A DNA stretch of 64,000 nt from Candidatus Zixiibacteriota bacterium (GCA_050117845.1 JASFLY010000009.1:33974-97973); one strand, 5' to 3'; positions 19,648-29,350 are shown, numbered from the stretch's first letter. The notes: generated from the sequence alone by a model not told the origin. Translations and numbers: made by a program.

Positions 19648-20418
19648 CTATCCCTCGGGACTAACGTACGCCGAAGCGCCGGGCGCGTCGGCGGCGATTA
19701 CTTCTTCGGCTCCCGCCGTATCGTCACCCTCGGTACCTTCGCCGCGGCCGTCCACGAAACCCTGGGCGATAGTGGCGGCCATGATGCGGATGGACCGGAT
19801 GGCGTCGTCGTTGCCGGGCACGACGTAATCCACGGGGTCGGGGTCGCAATTCGTATCGACCAGCGCCACTACCTTTATTCCCAGCCGATTCGCTTCCCGG
19901 AGCGCGATGATTTCGCGCCGGGGGTCGATAAGGAACACGACCTGGGGCAGACGCTTCATGTCCCTGATGCCCCGGTACAACTTTAGAAGCCTCGCCTTCT
20001 CTTTTAAGAAGCCCAGGCGTTCTTTTTTATTGTACTTAGCCAGCGTGCCGTCTTCTTCCATCGCCTCGATAGCCTTGAGGCGATCGATGTTCTTCTTGAT
20101 GGTCTCGTAGTTGGTCAGCGTGCCGCCGAGCCAGCGGGTGGTGACGAAGAAGCAGTCGGCGCGAGCGGCCTCTTCCTCGACCGCGGCCTGGGCCTGTTTC
20201 TTGGTCCCCACGAAAAGGGCCCGGCCTCCGCCACGGGCGATGTCCCGGGCGAACTCGTACGCCCCTTCCAGGAGCCGCAAGGTCTTCTGCAGGTCAATAA
20301 TGTAAATGCCGTTGCGTTCCGCGAAGATATACTTGCGCATCTTCGGGTTCCAACGGCGGGTCTGGTGGCCGAAGTGGACTCCGGCCTCCAATAATTGCTT
20401 CATCGATACGTCGAACAT
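19648..20418 (-). CDS. rpsB: 30S ribosomal protein S2
   Basis: [37 protein letters not shown]. Confidence 0.99.
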   Translation of the reverse strand: MFDVSMKQLLEAGVHFGHQTRRWNPKMRKYIFAERNGIYIIDLQKTLRLLEGAYEFARDIARGGGRALFVGTKKQAQAAVEEEAARADCFFVTTRWLGGTLTNYETIKKNIDRLKAIEAMEEDGTLAKYNKKERLGFLKEKARLLKLYRGIRDMKRLPQVVFLIDPRREIIALREANRLGIKVVALVDTNCDPDPVDYVVPGNDDAIRSIRIMAATIAQGFVDGRGEGTEGDDTAGAEEVIAADAPGASAYVSPEG

Positions 20419-20552
20419 GACTATCTAAACCTCCGTGACCGTGTTTACGTTGGCAAGGGGCGTTCCGATATCCGCGCCCCTTTGGAGCGATAGCCGCGAA
20501 TTTTTTATTTCACCAGCTTAAGAAGCTTTCCTCCGGTGATATAAAGCTCGCG

Positions 20553-20945
20553 TTAACGTTTAGAGAACTGGAACCGCTTGCGCGCACCCGGCTGGCCGTA
20601 CTTCTTCCGTTCCTTCATCCGCGGGTCACGCGTCAGGAGGCCGGCTTTTTTGAGCGACGACCGATACGAACCGTCCACCTGCTCGAGGGCGCGGGCGATG
20701 CCGTGGCGCAGAGCGCCCCGCTGGCCCGTTATGCCGCCGCCCTTCACGGTGGAGAAGACGTCGAATTTGCCGGTGGTCCCGGTGACCTCGAACGGTTTAA
20801 GGATGTCGACGCGCCAGGTCTCGAGGGTGAAGTAGTCGTCTATGGGTTTCTTGTTGACGACCAGCTTGCCCTCGCCGGGCCATATCCAAACCCGGGCGAC
20901 CGAGGTCTTGCGCCTGCCGGTAGCGTAATGTTTTTTAACGTCCAA
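20553..20945 (-). CDS. rpsI: 30S ribosomal protein S9
   Basis: [14 protein letters not shown]-x-x-GQ, ERKKYG...QFSKR. Confidence 0.99.
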   Translation of the reverse strand: MDVKKHYATGRRKTSVARVWIWPGEGKLVVNKKPIDDYFTLETWRVDILKPFEVTGTTGKFDVFSTVKGGGITGQRGALRHGIARALEQVDGSYRSSLKKAGLLTRDPRMKERKKYGQPGARKRFQFSKR

Positions 20946-20965
20946 CTGAAATCCTCCAGCCCCGC

Positions 20966-21406
20966 TTAGACGTCGAGCGTTTGCGGGTTCTGCGCCGCGT
21001 GAGGATGGTTCGGGCCGCGGTAAACCTTAACCTTCTTTAAAAGCTTGCGACCCAACCTGTTTTTCGGTAACATGCCCCGTACCGCGTGCAGGATGACCCA
21101 CTCCGGTTTACGCTCCATTAATTGGCCAAGCGACGCTTCTTTCAAGTGGCCGACGTATCCGGAATGCCGATAGTAGGTCTTGTCCCGTAGCTTGTTACCG
21201 GTAACCCGAATTTTGTCGGCGTTAATGACGATCACGAAATCGCCGGTATCGAGGTGGGGCGTGAAATAGGGCTTCTCCTTGCCGCGCACTATTTGCGCGA
21301 CGCGGGTAGCCAGGCGCCCCAACACTTTGCCGTCGGCGTCGACGACGAACCAGCGCTGTTCGATATCGTCCTTTTTGGGTATAAAAGTCTTCTCGTGCAC
21401 TCGCAT
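20966..21406 (-). CDS. rplM: 50S ribosomal protein L13
   Basis: [39 protein letters not shown] at 21406. Confidence 0.98.
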   Translation of the reverse strand: MRVHEKTFIPKKDDIEQRWFVVDADGKVLGRLATRVAQIVRGKEKPYFTPHLDTGDFVIVINADKIRVTGNKLRDKTYYRHSGYVGHLKEASLGQLMERKPEWVILHAVRGMLPKNRLGRKLLKKVKVYRGPNHPHAAQNPQTLDV

Positions 21407-21453
21407 CACTCCGCAACTATTAAGCGCTCGCGGCCACGGCCGCGAGGGACCGA

Positions 21454-21482
21454 AATATAACAATATCAAGGTGTAAAGTCAA
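21454..21482 (-). promoter_or_regulatory. Sigma70-type promoter of the rplM superoperon
   Basis: Minus strand TTGACT-17 nt-TATATT with TG extension. Confidence 0.65.
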
Positions 21483-21618
21483 GTATTATTTGTATAATCC
21501 GGCCGGAATATATTATATTAACGTCAGTGCTTCCGGTCGATTCATCCCCGGGCGCGGCGTGACTCCGGCGGAGAGCCGGCGTGTCCCGACCGGAATTTAT
21601 AAAACAGGAGGTAATCGA

Positions 21619-22095
21619 TTGCAGGTGAGGCTACAGCGCATTGCGGCCGGCCTTCTCGCCCTCGCGGCCTTCATGGTGTTCGTCGGTGCGGCCGGGTGCG
21701 GCAAGAAGAACGGCGCCGAAGGAAAAATGGGCGACCCGTTGGATCCCTGGAAGGAAGCGGCGGCCCGAATCGAAGAAAGGCCGGGAGTGAAGGACGCCCA
21801 GGCTTTCGTCTCGGGCGGTCGACATATCATCTTTTTAATAGAATTGGACTATCGTGAAATTACCGAAGATAAAATCGAAAGGTTGGACACGGGCGTAACG
21901 CGCGAGCTGTGCGCGGCCTTACCGAGCCCGGTCGAAATGCGGATAAGCATACCCGACCGCGGCGGCCAGGAATGGCAGGGTTTTTACGTACCCGACGGCG
22001 GTATTTTCAAGACTTTCCGGGGCTCGACGGAACTCGAGCCGTACTTCGACGCCGAAACGGCCACGTTCTTTATTAACCTACCGGCGGAAGGTTAG
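21619..22095 (+). CDS. Hypothetical lipoprotein
   Basis: AGGAGG followed by TTG at 21619; hydrophobic stretch ending in lipobox-like AAG-C-GKK. Confidence 0.7.
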   Translation: MQVRLQRIAAGLLALAAFMVFVGAAGCGKKNGAEGKMGDPLDPWKEAAARIEERPGVKDAQAFVSGGRHIIFLIELDYREITEDKIERLDTGVTRELCAALPSPVEMRISIPDRGGQEWQGFYVPDGGIFKTFRGSTELEPYFDAETATFFINLPAEG

Positions 22096-22130
22096 CGGCG
22101 CGGCCCCGGGCGGTGCAAGTCGTTTTCTGG

Positions 22131-22159
22131 TTGACATCGGGTGGCAGATAGTATAAATT
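22131..22159 (+). promoter_or_regulatory. Putative sigma70 promoter
   Basis: TTGACA-17 nt-TAAATT upstream of the 55-aa ORF. Confidence 0.55.
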
Positions 22160-22199
22160 TTTTAGCGGGTCGGGGTTAACGAGTTAAGGGGGTGAACTT

Positions 22200-22367
22200 A
22201 TGGAAGCCGAGGTCTTAATCTCGAATGACAAGCGGGAAGACCACCGGTACCATAAACTCAATTGTAGGTGGTGCGACCATATCAAGCACGCGAACAAACG
22301 CCAGGTAACGCTATCCGAAGCCCGGGAACGCGGCTATAAACGGTGCGACGAGTGCAAACCCCAGTAG
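22200..22367 (+). CDS. 55-aa Ada-like metal-binding microprotein (not in ORF track)
   Basis: Hand-translated MEAEVLISNDKREDHRYHKLNCRWCDHIKHANKRQVTLSEARERGYKRCDECKPQ; RBS AAGGGGGTG; YH-x3-C ... EA-x3-GY-x2-CxxC-x-P pattern. Confidence 0.75.
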   Translation: MEAEVLISNDKREDHRYHKLNCRWCDHIKHANKRQVTLSEARERGYKRCDECKPQ

Positions 22368-22442
22368 CGGGTAGTTGGGGTACGCCAGGTACTTAGGCGC
22401 TCCTCGCAAACCTTTTCCCGGCCGTAACCGCCCAAATATATA

Positions 22443-22467
22443 AGGAGCCGGCCGAAGGCCGACTCCT
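22443..22467 (-). terminator. Intrinsic terminator between the two convergent microprotein genes
   Basis: Minus strand AGGAGTCGGCC-TTC-GGCCGGCTCCT (cUUCGg loop) followed by TATATATTT. Confidence 0.6.
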
Positions 22468-22492
22468 CGTGGCAGGGTGGTTGTGGTCTAAT

Positions 22493-22663
22493 TTAAGCCA
22501 GGGACTTAAGGGACTCGATAAGGGTTTTAATAAAAACCCAATTCGATTTCCCGCAAGGGCATACCGGGAACGCTTCCTTCGCGGTTAACTGGATTTCTTT
22601 CCCGCAATTCGTACACCGGTAAACGCCCGATGTCGGAGGCTTTTGGCCCGGCAAAAAACCCAT
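22493..22663 (-). CDS. 56-aa zinc-ribbon microprotein, YjzC-like (not in ORF track)
   Basis: Hand-translated MGFLPGQKPPTSGVYRCTNCGKEIQLTAKEAFPVCPCGKSNWVFIKTLIESLKSLA; GGGAGG RBS; PGQK-P-SG-Y-CxxCG...FP-CPC. Confidence 0.78.
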   Translation of the reverse strand: MGFLPGQKPPTSGVYRCTNCGKEIQLTAKEAFPVCPCGKSNWVFIKTLIESLKSLA

Positions 22664-23105
22664 CGCTCAGCCCTCCCCTGATTAGTGTTTGCGTTAGGGG
22701 CACCCGAAGAAGTGGTCCCGGATCGAATCGGGCGCCCCCCCAATACCCGCCCTACCCCCAATACACTCCCTACGTCGGACGTTCGTAAGGATCTTTCCCA
22801 CCACCATTCTCTATTGGACCCCTCAAATCCGCGGGAATATTACAATATACCCCCTGACAGGAGCTGTCAGTTTTTTTAACCTATTTAAAAAACGGACATT
22901 TTAAATATTGAAATAGGAAACCGCGGGGGCCACAACGGGGTGAATACCTCGTTGCGGCCCGACCGCGGTTAGCTTTAATACTGCCGATTCGAACCGGGCC
23001 TAAATACCCTGAGCCATCCCGCCGGGACAAGGGGCGATCATTCGCCGATATAACCCGGGAGTACGCCCCGGACGCCCCGGCAGGCCGAAAAACATCTTTT
23101 CGCCC

Positions 23106-23771
23106 TTAGTAGTATATCGCTTTCGCCCGGCCGAAACTCAGCGGCTCGACGTTCAACGTCTCGGTGTCGAGGATTACCCTGATCATAAGGTTGTAGTAAC
23201 CGGTCGAGTTGGTATAGGGCGACCAGGTTCCACTGTAATACATCCAGGAGGGGGCGACAGGCGTCGAATTGTTATCGACGCCGTGGGCGTCGCAGTTCGG
23301 GTAGTTGTAATATTGCTCGACGGCGGCGACGAAATTATCGTCGGACACGGGAACGGTCCAACCGACCGAGAAATCGTTCCAACCGTAATTGGTGGTACTA
23401 CCGGTAACGAACCGGGGCCCCCATATGAGCGAACCGGGCACCCCGCCCGCGAAGTTAAACACGCCGATGCGGAACCCGTCCCAGCTGCCGTTGGGCCAGG
23501 CCGGCCCGGTATGTACCCGCATAGTGGTTAGGCCGCGGTAAGAAGAGAGCGTCGAAATATCGAAGGCATTCCCGATCCAGGTCCCGCTGCCCGTATACCA
23601 CGCGATATTATACGACGACGACCCGTTGTCCCACTTCAGCTCAATGGAAGCGTCGTAAGTGGGGTCCTCGGCCGCAGGTCCGGCGGAAGGCGCCGGCTCC
23701 ACCACGTAGTCGGCGGCCCAAGCACCCGCGCATATCACGCCCGCCGCTAAAACCGTCAATAACGTTTTCAT
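23106..23771 (-). CDS. Secreted protein, family A paralog 1, with conserved C-terminal motif
   Basis: Signal peptide; ELKWDNG, WPNG-WDGF, PGSLIWGP, EQYYNYP; ends VEPLSFGRAKAIYY. Confidence 0.85.
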   Translation of the reverse strand: MKTLLTVLAAGVICAGAWAADYVVEPAPSAGPAAEDPTYDASIELKWDNGSSSYNIAWYTGSGTWIGNAFDISTLSSYRGLTTMRVHTGPAWPNGSWDGFRIGVFNFAGGVPGSLIWGPRFVTGSTTNYGWNDFSVGWTVPVSDDNFVAAVEQYYNYPNCDAHGVDNNSTPVAPSWMYYSGTWSPYTNSTGYYNLMIRVILDTETLNVEPLSFGRAKAIYY

Positions 23772-23844
23772 CTTGTTCCCTCCGTTTCTTAGCGTTTACG
23801 CATTCGGTACGATCGGCCGCGGGTTGCGGCCGACCTTACCGACG

Positions 23845-24504
23845 TTAACGATACGTCGCTTTAACCCTACCGAGACTTGAAGGTATAACGTTCAACTTCT
23901 CGTTAACGACGACGACTCGTAACATCAAATTTCGATACGGATTTACCGATGTGGAAAGAGGGGACCATTCGCCCCGATAATGCTCCCACGAGCGGCCCAC
24001 GAAAGTGGGGTTAATATCCAGTCCGAACGGATCACAATCCGGGTAATTATAATACTGCTCCACGGCCGCGACAAACGAGTCCATCCCGGCCGGCAACGTC
24101 CACCCTACCGTGAAATCGCACCAGGTATGGCCCGTACCGGACCCGATACAGAACGTCGGCCCCCACAACAGCGAACCGGGCACCGAGGAGAAAGCGTATA
24201 CGCCGATACGGCATCCGTCCCACTGGTTATTAGGCCAGGTATCGCGGGAATAAAACCGTATCTTCTCGATGGCCCGGTACGAGGTCAACGTGGATAGGTC
24301 GAAATCATTGCCGACCCACGACCCGACTCCCGTATACCAGGATATACTCCACTGGCGGGTACCGTTATCCCACGCGAGTTCCATCTCGGCGTCGGCCGCC
24401 GCGCCGACGTATTTCGCCGGCGTCGCCGGTCCGTCTATAGCAAAATCCGCCGCCCCGGCCAACCCGGCCACGGCGACGACCCAGCATAAAACGATTTGTT
24501 TCAC
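23845..24504 (-). CDS. Secreted protein, family A paralog 2
   Basis: Same motifs; AGGAGG RBS; ends VIPSSLGRVKATYR. Confidence 0.85.
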   Translation of the reverse strand: MKQIVLCWVVAVAGLAGAADFAIDGPATPAKYVGAAADAEMELAWDNGTRQWSISWYTGVGSWVGNDFDLSTLTSYRAIEKIRFYSRDTWPNNQWDGCRIGVYAFSSVPGSLLWGPTFCIGSGTGHTWCDFTVGWTLPAGMDSFVAAVEQYYNYPDCDPFGLDINPTFVGRSWEHYRGEWSPLSTSVNPYRNLMLRVVVVNEKLNVIPSSLGRVKATYR

Positions 24505-24588
24505 CCTACGACCTCCTAACTAAGTCCTGACGATTCAATACCGTAATCGCGTAAACTTAGCCGGCTACTACTCCACCCTGTAAGTTAA

Positions 24589-24617
24589 ATTATATATCAA
24601 TGCGGCGCAGATGTCAA
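24589..24617 (-). promoter_or_regulatory. Consensus sigma70 promoter for family A paralogs 2 and 1
   Basis: Minus strand TTGACA-17 nt-TATAAT, exact consensus. Confidence 0.75.
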
Positions 24618-24665
24618 AATAAATTAACACGACATTTCAGGCCACGGGGCTACGGCGTTTATACG

Positions 24666-24697
24666 ACGAAAGGGGCCTTAAAGGCCCCTTTCGTTTT
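24666..24697. terminator. Hairpin terminator downstream of family A paralog 3
   Basis: ACGAAAGGGGCC-TTAAA-GGCCCCTTTCGT. Confidence 0.65.
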
Positions 24698-24719
24698 GCG
24701 CTTCGCGCGCAGACATCCC

Positions 24720-25382
24720 CTATCGGTACATCGCCTTGACCCGGCCCATACTCGCCGGTTCCATCCCGACGTAGGCATCGCTGACCCGGACTCTAATCAT
24801 TACGTTATCGTACCCCGTGGAACTGGAATAGGCCGTCCAACTCCCTGAATACATCCAGGAGTGCTCTTGGAACGTAGGATTATTGTCGAGGGTATGGGCA
24901 TCCGCGTTCGGGTAATTATAAAACTGCTCCATCGCCGCGGCGAAACGGAGCGTCCCGGGCGGCAAGGTCCAGGCCACCGAGAAATTCGCCCATCCGGCGC
25001 TCGAGAGGCCCGGTTTTACGAATTTCGGCCCCCATATCAGCGACGCGGGTACTCCGCCGGAAAGGCTGTACAGGCCTATATTAAAACCGTCCCACGCGCC
25101 GTTGGGCCAATCGGGACTGGTATACACCAACATCCGCGTTATCCGCGTGTAGTCCCGGAGTTGGCGCAGGTCGAAATCGTTCGCTACCCAGGCGTTCGCG
25201 CCCGTGTAATACGCCATGGAATAACTACGTGTCCCGTTATCCCACTTCAATTCCACTACGGTGTCCTCGTCCTCCGGCAAAGCGCCGGGTTCGCCGGACG
25301 GCGCCGCGGCCGCGAAATCAGCCGCGATCACCGCGGCGACCATCGTAAACGTTAGAGCCGTTACCGCTATTATTACCTTCAT
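24720..25382 (-). CDS. Secreted protein, family A paralog 3
   Basis: Same motifs; AGGAGAGG RBS; ends MEPASMGRVKAMYR. Confidence 0.85.
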   Translation of the reverse strand: MKVIIAVTALTFTMVAAVIAADFAAAAPSGEPGALPEDEDTVVELKWDNGTRSYSMAYYTGANAWVANDFDLRQLRDYTRITRMLVYTSPDWPNGAWDGFNIGLYSLSGGVPASLIWGPKFVKPGLSSAGWANFSVAWTLPPGTLRFAAAMEQFYNYPNADAHTLDNNPTFQEHSWMYSGSWTAYSSSTGYDNVMIRVRVSDAYVGMEPASMGRVKAMYR

Positions 25383-25793
25383 ATCTTATCCTCCTCCTTT
25401 GCCCGGAACCAACCGCCGGGCATCATCATTTTATTTGCTTATATAATACCGGGCTATCACGTATACTCCGCCCGCCGCTCAGCCCCGGGGACGCCGGCGA
25501 CGCGAAGCCGCCCCGAGATAAAAACCCGCCGCACCGGCCGCGACGGCCGAAACGACGGTCCAATTATCCGTGGATCCGTATTGATGTTCCCTCCTAACAA
25601 CGGGACGAACGCTCGTTACGCGATACCGCCCGCGGCGAATACGTCGTGACCCGACGCAACCGCCTACTATGTCAATTTTATATGATTATATTTGCCTTGG
25701 CAAGTACTTTTTTCGCTCCCGCGCCGCCGACCTCTCGCCTTTTCCCTTTACTTCGCCCCGATTATTTCCTAAAATCCGGCCGCGGGTCCCGCT

Positions 25794-26885
25794 ATGAAAA
25801 TACCCCCCGAACTCCATTTCGGCGTAGAGGAAGAATTCGCCCTTCTCCACCGCGACGGCTCCCTGGCCAACGAGGCCGACGCGGTGCTGGAACTCGTCCC
25901 CGAAAAGTACAAACCGGACAATATCAAACGCGACCTCCATTTCTGCATCGTGGAGATAGCCACGCCGGTCTGCAACTCCCCGGCGAAAGTGGAACGTTCC
26001 TTGCGGGAACTGCGCGGGGCGGTCGGCGAGGCCGTGGCCTCGCGGGGATTGCGCGTTATCTCGTCCGGCGTCCACCCCACGGCGCCCATGGACCAGGGCC
26101 GTCTCGTCGAAACGCCCCGCTTCAAACGTCTTATCGAGGGCGGCGCCCTGCGGGGCGACGGCGTGCACTTCGGCTTCCACCTGCACGTCTCGCTGGACGG
26201 GCCGGAAGCCCGGGCCGCCGTCGTGAACTGGCTCCGCTGGCACATCCCCGACTTCGTCGCCTTCTCCGTGAACGCGCCGTTCTATCTGGGAAAGTACCAC
26301 GACGTCAAGTCGGTCCGGCTGGAATATTACGACCCGGTCCCGACGGTGGGGCCCCCGCCGGTAATAAAGAAATTCGACGATTGGGCCGACGTCCTGAAGT
26401 CGTTCCGGGCGTACGGCGTCGAGGGCGAACGGGACCACTACGGCGACATACGCCACCGCTACAGCCTCCCCACCATCGAGGTCCGCGTGATGGACACGCA
26501 ACAATCGGTCGACGAGGCGGTGGCGGCGGCGGCGTACGTTTGGGCCCTCGTGCGCCACTACGCGTCCCTCTTGGGCGACGAGTTCCTGCCCCCCATGACG
26601 GAAAACGAGTTGGCGTCGAACCGGGAGGGCGCCTGGCGACGGGGCCTGGAGGGTAACTTCGGCCTATACGGCGACGCCGTCGACCGCGCGGAGTACATAG
26701 GCCACACGCTGCACCACCTCGTCGAAGCCGGCACGCCCGAAAGCCCCTACCTGGAACGGCTCGCCGAACGCGTGGCCGCGCGCGGGACGGGCGCCGACCG
26801 CCAGTTGTCCTTCCTGCAAAGCGAAACCGTCGACGGGCCGGCACTTCTGGCCGAACTCGAACGTAAATTCGCGGAGGGGATATAG
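25794..26885 (+). CDS. YbdK/GCS2-family carboxylate-amine ligase
   Basis: FGVEEEF, VEIATPVC, SSGVHP, FGFHLHV, GDIR, TIEVRVMD, GADRQ. Confidence 0.9.
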   Translation: MKIPPELHFGVEEEFALLHRDGSLANEADAVLELVPEKYKPDNIKRDLHFCIVEIATPVCNSPAKVERSLRELRGAVGEAVASRGLRVISSGVHPTAPMDQGRLVETPRFKRLIEGGALRGDGVHFGFHLHVSLDGPEARAAVVNWLRWHIPDFVAFSVNAPFYLGKYHDVKSVRLEYYDPVPTVGPPPVIKKFDDWADVLKSFRAYGVEGERDHYGDIRHRYSLPTIEVRVMDTQQSVDEAVAAAAYVWALVRHYASLLGDEFLPPMTENELASNREGAWRRGLEGNFGLYGDAVDRAEYIGHTLHHLVEAGTPESPYLERLAERVAARGTGADRQLSFLQSETVDGPALLAELERKFAEGI

Positions 26886-28592
26886 ATGGCCGGGAAAAGC
26901 GGAAAGCAGGGATACTTCACCTTCGTCCTTCACAGCCACCTGCCGTACGTAATGGGCCACGGCGGCTGGCCGCACGGCACCGACTGGATATTCGAGGCGG
27001 CGTGCGAGACCTACCTTCCGCTCGTTAAAACGCTGCGCCAGTTGCTCGACGAGGGCGTCCGGCCGGGCGTCACGCTGGGGATAACGCCCATTCTCGCCGA
27101 ACAATTGGCCGACCCGGCCTTCGCCGCCGGCCTGGGCGACTACATCGAGATAAAGATCCGCGCCGCCCACGACAACGCCGCCGAATTGGGCGCCGCCGGC
27201 CGCTCGGACATGGCGGCCCTCGCCGACTCCTGGCGCGACTTCTACGGCGCCGCCCGCGCCGACTTCGAAGAGCGCCTCGGCGGCGACATAATAGGCGCGT
27301 TCCGGGACCTCGCCGCGGAAGGCGCTTTGGAAGTGATTACCTGCGCCGCCACCCACGCCTACCTCCCGCTCCTGGGCCGGGACGAGTCCATCGCGCTACA
27401 GCTCCGCGCGGCCCGGGCGGCCCACCGGCGCCACTTCGGCCGCGACCCTTCGGGGATATGGCTCCCCGAATGCGCGTACCGCCCCGGCTATGAGTGGCGC
27501 TACCCCCTCGAGCCCTGGGCGGAGAGGCCCCCCTTCCGCCGGCCGGGCCTCGAGGACATGCTTTCCGCCGTCGGCCTGAAATACTTCATGATAGACACCC
27601 ACCTCCTGCGGGGCGGCCGGGCGATGGGCGTTTACGCGGGGCGCTTCGAGGCGCTGAAACGCATCTACGAGCAGATGCTCGCCGGGGCCGACCTCCCTTC
27701 GGCCGGCGAGGACCTCACCCCCCACCGGCCCTACTACGTGGGGGCGGCGGCGCCGGCGGTGGCCTGTTTCGTGCGCGACGCCGAGACGGGCCTGGTCGTC
27801 TGGTCGGGCGAACACGGGTATCCCGGCGACGGGTGGTACCTCGACTTCCACAAAAAGCACTTCCCCGGCGGCCTTCGCTACTGGCGCGTCACCTCCTCGG
27901 GCGCCGGCCTCGACGCCAAGGAGCCGTACCGGCCGGCGGAAATCCCCGGCCGCCTGGCCGAGAACGCCGACCACTTCGCGGACCTGGTGCAAAAACTCCT
28001 GGCGGAGGACCCGTCGGCCTCCCCCCTCCTCGTCGCGCCGTACGACAGCGAGCTCTTCGGCCACTGGTGGCACGAGGGGCCGGCGTGGCTGGGCAATACC
28101 CTCCGGCGCCTCGACGCGGCGCCCGACGTGGAATTGGTAACCTGCGGCGACTACCTGGAACGCTTCCCGCCGGAGACGTCCGTGGCGCTGCCGGAGGGCT
28201 CGTGGGGCGAGGGCGGCTTCCACGGCATCTGGCTCAACCCCGAAACAGAGTGGTCCTGGCGCCTGATATACGAGGCCGAGGACGAATTGGCCGAGGCCGC
28301 GGGGCGGAAACGTTCAGCCATCGGCGAACGGCTCTTCGTTCAGGCACTGCGCGAGTTCATGCTCCTCACCGCCTCCGACTGGCAGTTCCTCATCTCCACC
28401 TGGAGCGCCCGGGATTACGCCGAAAACCGCCTCCGTTACCACCACGAGGCGCTGGAGCGGCTGTTCGACCTCCTGGCCCGGGACCACGCCGGCGCCGTAA
28501 TAACCGGGAGCGAGTTGGACTACGTAACCGAACTCGAGCGGCGCGACCGCCCCTTCGCCGACCTCGACCCCTCCTGGTTCTCCGCGCCTTAA
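26886..28592 (+). CDS. GH57 1,4-alpha-glucan branching enzyme
   Basis: LHSHLPYV, ETYLP, ATHAYLPL, GIWLPECAY, PYDSELFGHWWHEG, SDWQF. Confidence 0.93.
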   Translation: MAGKSGKQGYFTFVLHSHLPYVMGHGGWPHGTDWIFEAACETYLPLVKTLRQLLDEGVRPGVTLGITPILAEQLADPAFAAGLGDYIEIKIRAAHDNAAELGAAGRSDMAALADSWRDFYGAARADFEERLGGDIIGAFRDLAAEGALEVITCAATHAYLPLLGRDESIALQLRAARAAHRRHFGRDPSGIWLPECAYRPGYEWRYPLEPWAERPPFRRPGLEDMLSAVGLKYFMIDTHLLRGGRAMGVYAGRFEALKRIYEQMLAGADLPSAGEDLTPHRPYYVGAAAPAVACFVRDAETGLVVWSGEHGYPGDGWYLDFHKKHFPGGLRYWRVTSSGAGLDAKEPYRPAEIPGRLAENADHFADLVQKLLAEDPSASPLLVAPYDSELFGHWWHEGPAWLGNTLRRLDAAPDVELVTCGDYLERFPPETSVALPEGSWGEGGFHGIWLNPETEWSWRLIYEAEDELAEAAGRKRSAIGERLFVQALREFMLLTASDWQFLISTWSARDYAENRLRYHHEALERLFDLLARDHAGAVITGSELDYVTELERRDRPFADLDPSWFSAP

Positions 28593-28610
28593 AGGGGCGT
28601 CCCGATAACC

Positions 28611-29345
28611 GTGGCCGACCGCATAATCAAACTCACGCTGGAATACGACGGCACCGACTACGCCGGGTGGCAGATTCAGCCGGACGTGGTGACTATACAG
28701 GGCGCGCTGGAAGAGGCCCTCGCGACGGTACTCAAGGAAGAGACGCGGGTGCACGCGGCGGGCCGGACCGACGCCGGCGTTCACGCCGCGGGCCAGGTGG
28801 TCCACTTCCAAACGTCCGTGGCGATGACGCCCGACGAATTCCGGCGGGCCCTCAACAGCCTTCTGCCGGGCGACGTCCGCGTCGTCGCCGCCGAGGAAGC
28901 GCCGGCCGACTTCCACGCCCGCTTCTCGGCCCGAAGCCGCAGCTACCGTTACGCCGTTACTTTTGACGATTCGGTCTTCACGCGGCGTCACGCCTACTGC
29001 GTCGCCGGCCCGCTGGACATGGAGGCGATGCGGGAAGCGGCGGCCCTGCTCGTGGGCGAGCACGACTTCGCGGCCTTCGGCAACGCCTCCGACGACTACG
29101 ACACGAGCGTCCGCCGCGTGACCGAAATCCGCGTCGAGGAGACTCTGACGGGCCTCGAGGTCTACGTTACCGCCAACGCCTTCCTCTACAAGATGGTCCG
29201 CAACGTCGTGGGGACGCTCCTGCGCGTGGGCCGGGGCGAACTGGCCCCCGCCGACGTGGGCCGCCTGCTCGCCGGGAAGGAGCGCGCGGCCGCGGGGACC
29301 CCCGCGCCGCCCGCCGGCCTGACGCTGCTGCGAGTAAGCTACTGA
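28611..29345 (+). CDS. truA: tRNA pseudouridine(38-40) synthase
   Basis: YDGTDYAGWQ, AGRTDAGVHA, FHARFSA, GEHDF, FLYKMVRN. Confidence 0.98.
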   Translation: MADRIIKLTLEYDGTDYAGWQIQPDVVTIQGALEEALATVLKEETRVHAAGRTDAGVHAAGQVVHFQTSVAMTPDEFRRALNSLLPGDVRVVAAEEAPADFHARFSARSRSYRYAVTFDDSVFTRRHAYCVAGPLDMEAMREAAALLVGEHDFAAFGNASDDYDTSVRRVTEIRVEETLTGLEVYVTANAFLYKMVRNVVGTLLRVGRGELAPADVGRLLAGKERAAAGTPAPPAGLTLLRVSY

Positions 29346-29350
29346 CGCAT

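Noticed and set aside
25457..25585. 42-aa minus-strand ORF with AGGAGG followed by ATC
   Set aside because: No canonical start, no motif, Arg/Pro-rich; cannot be supported.
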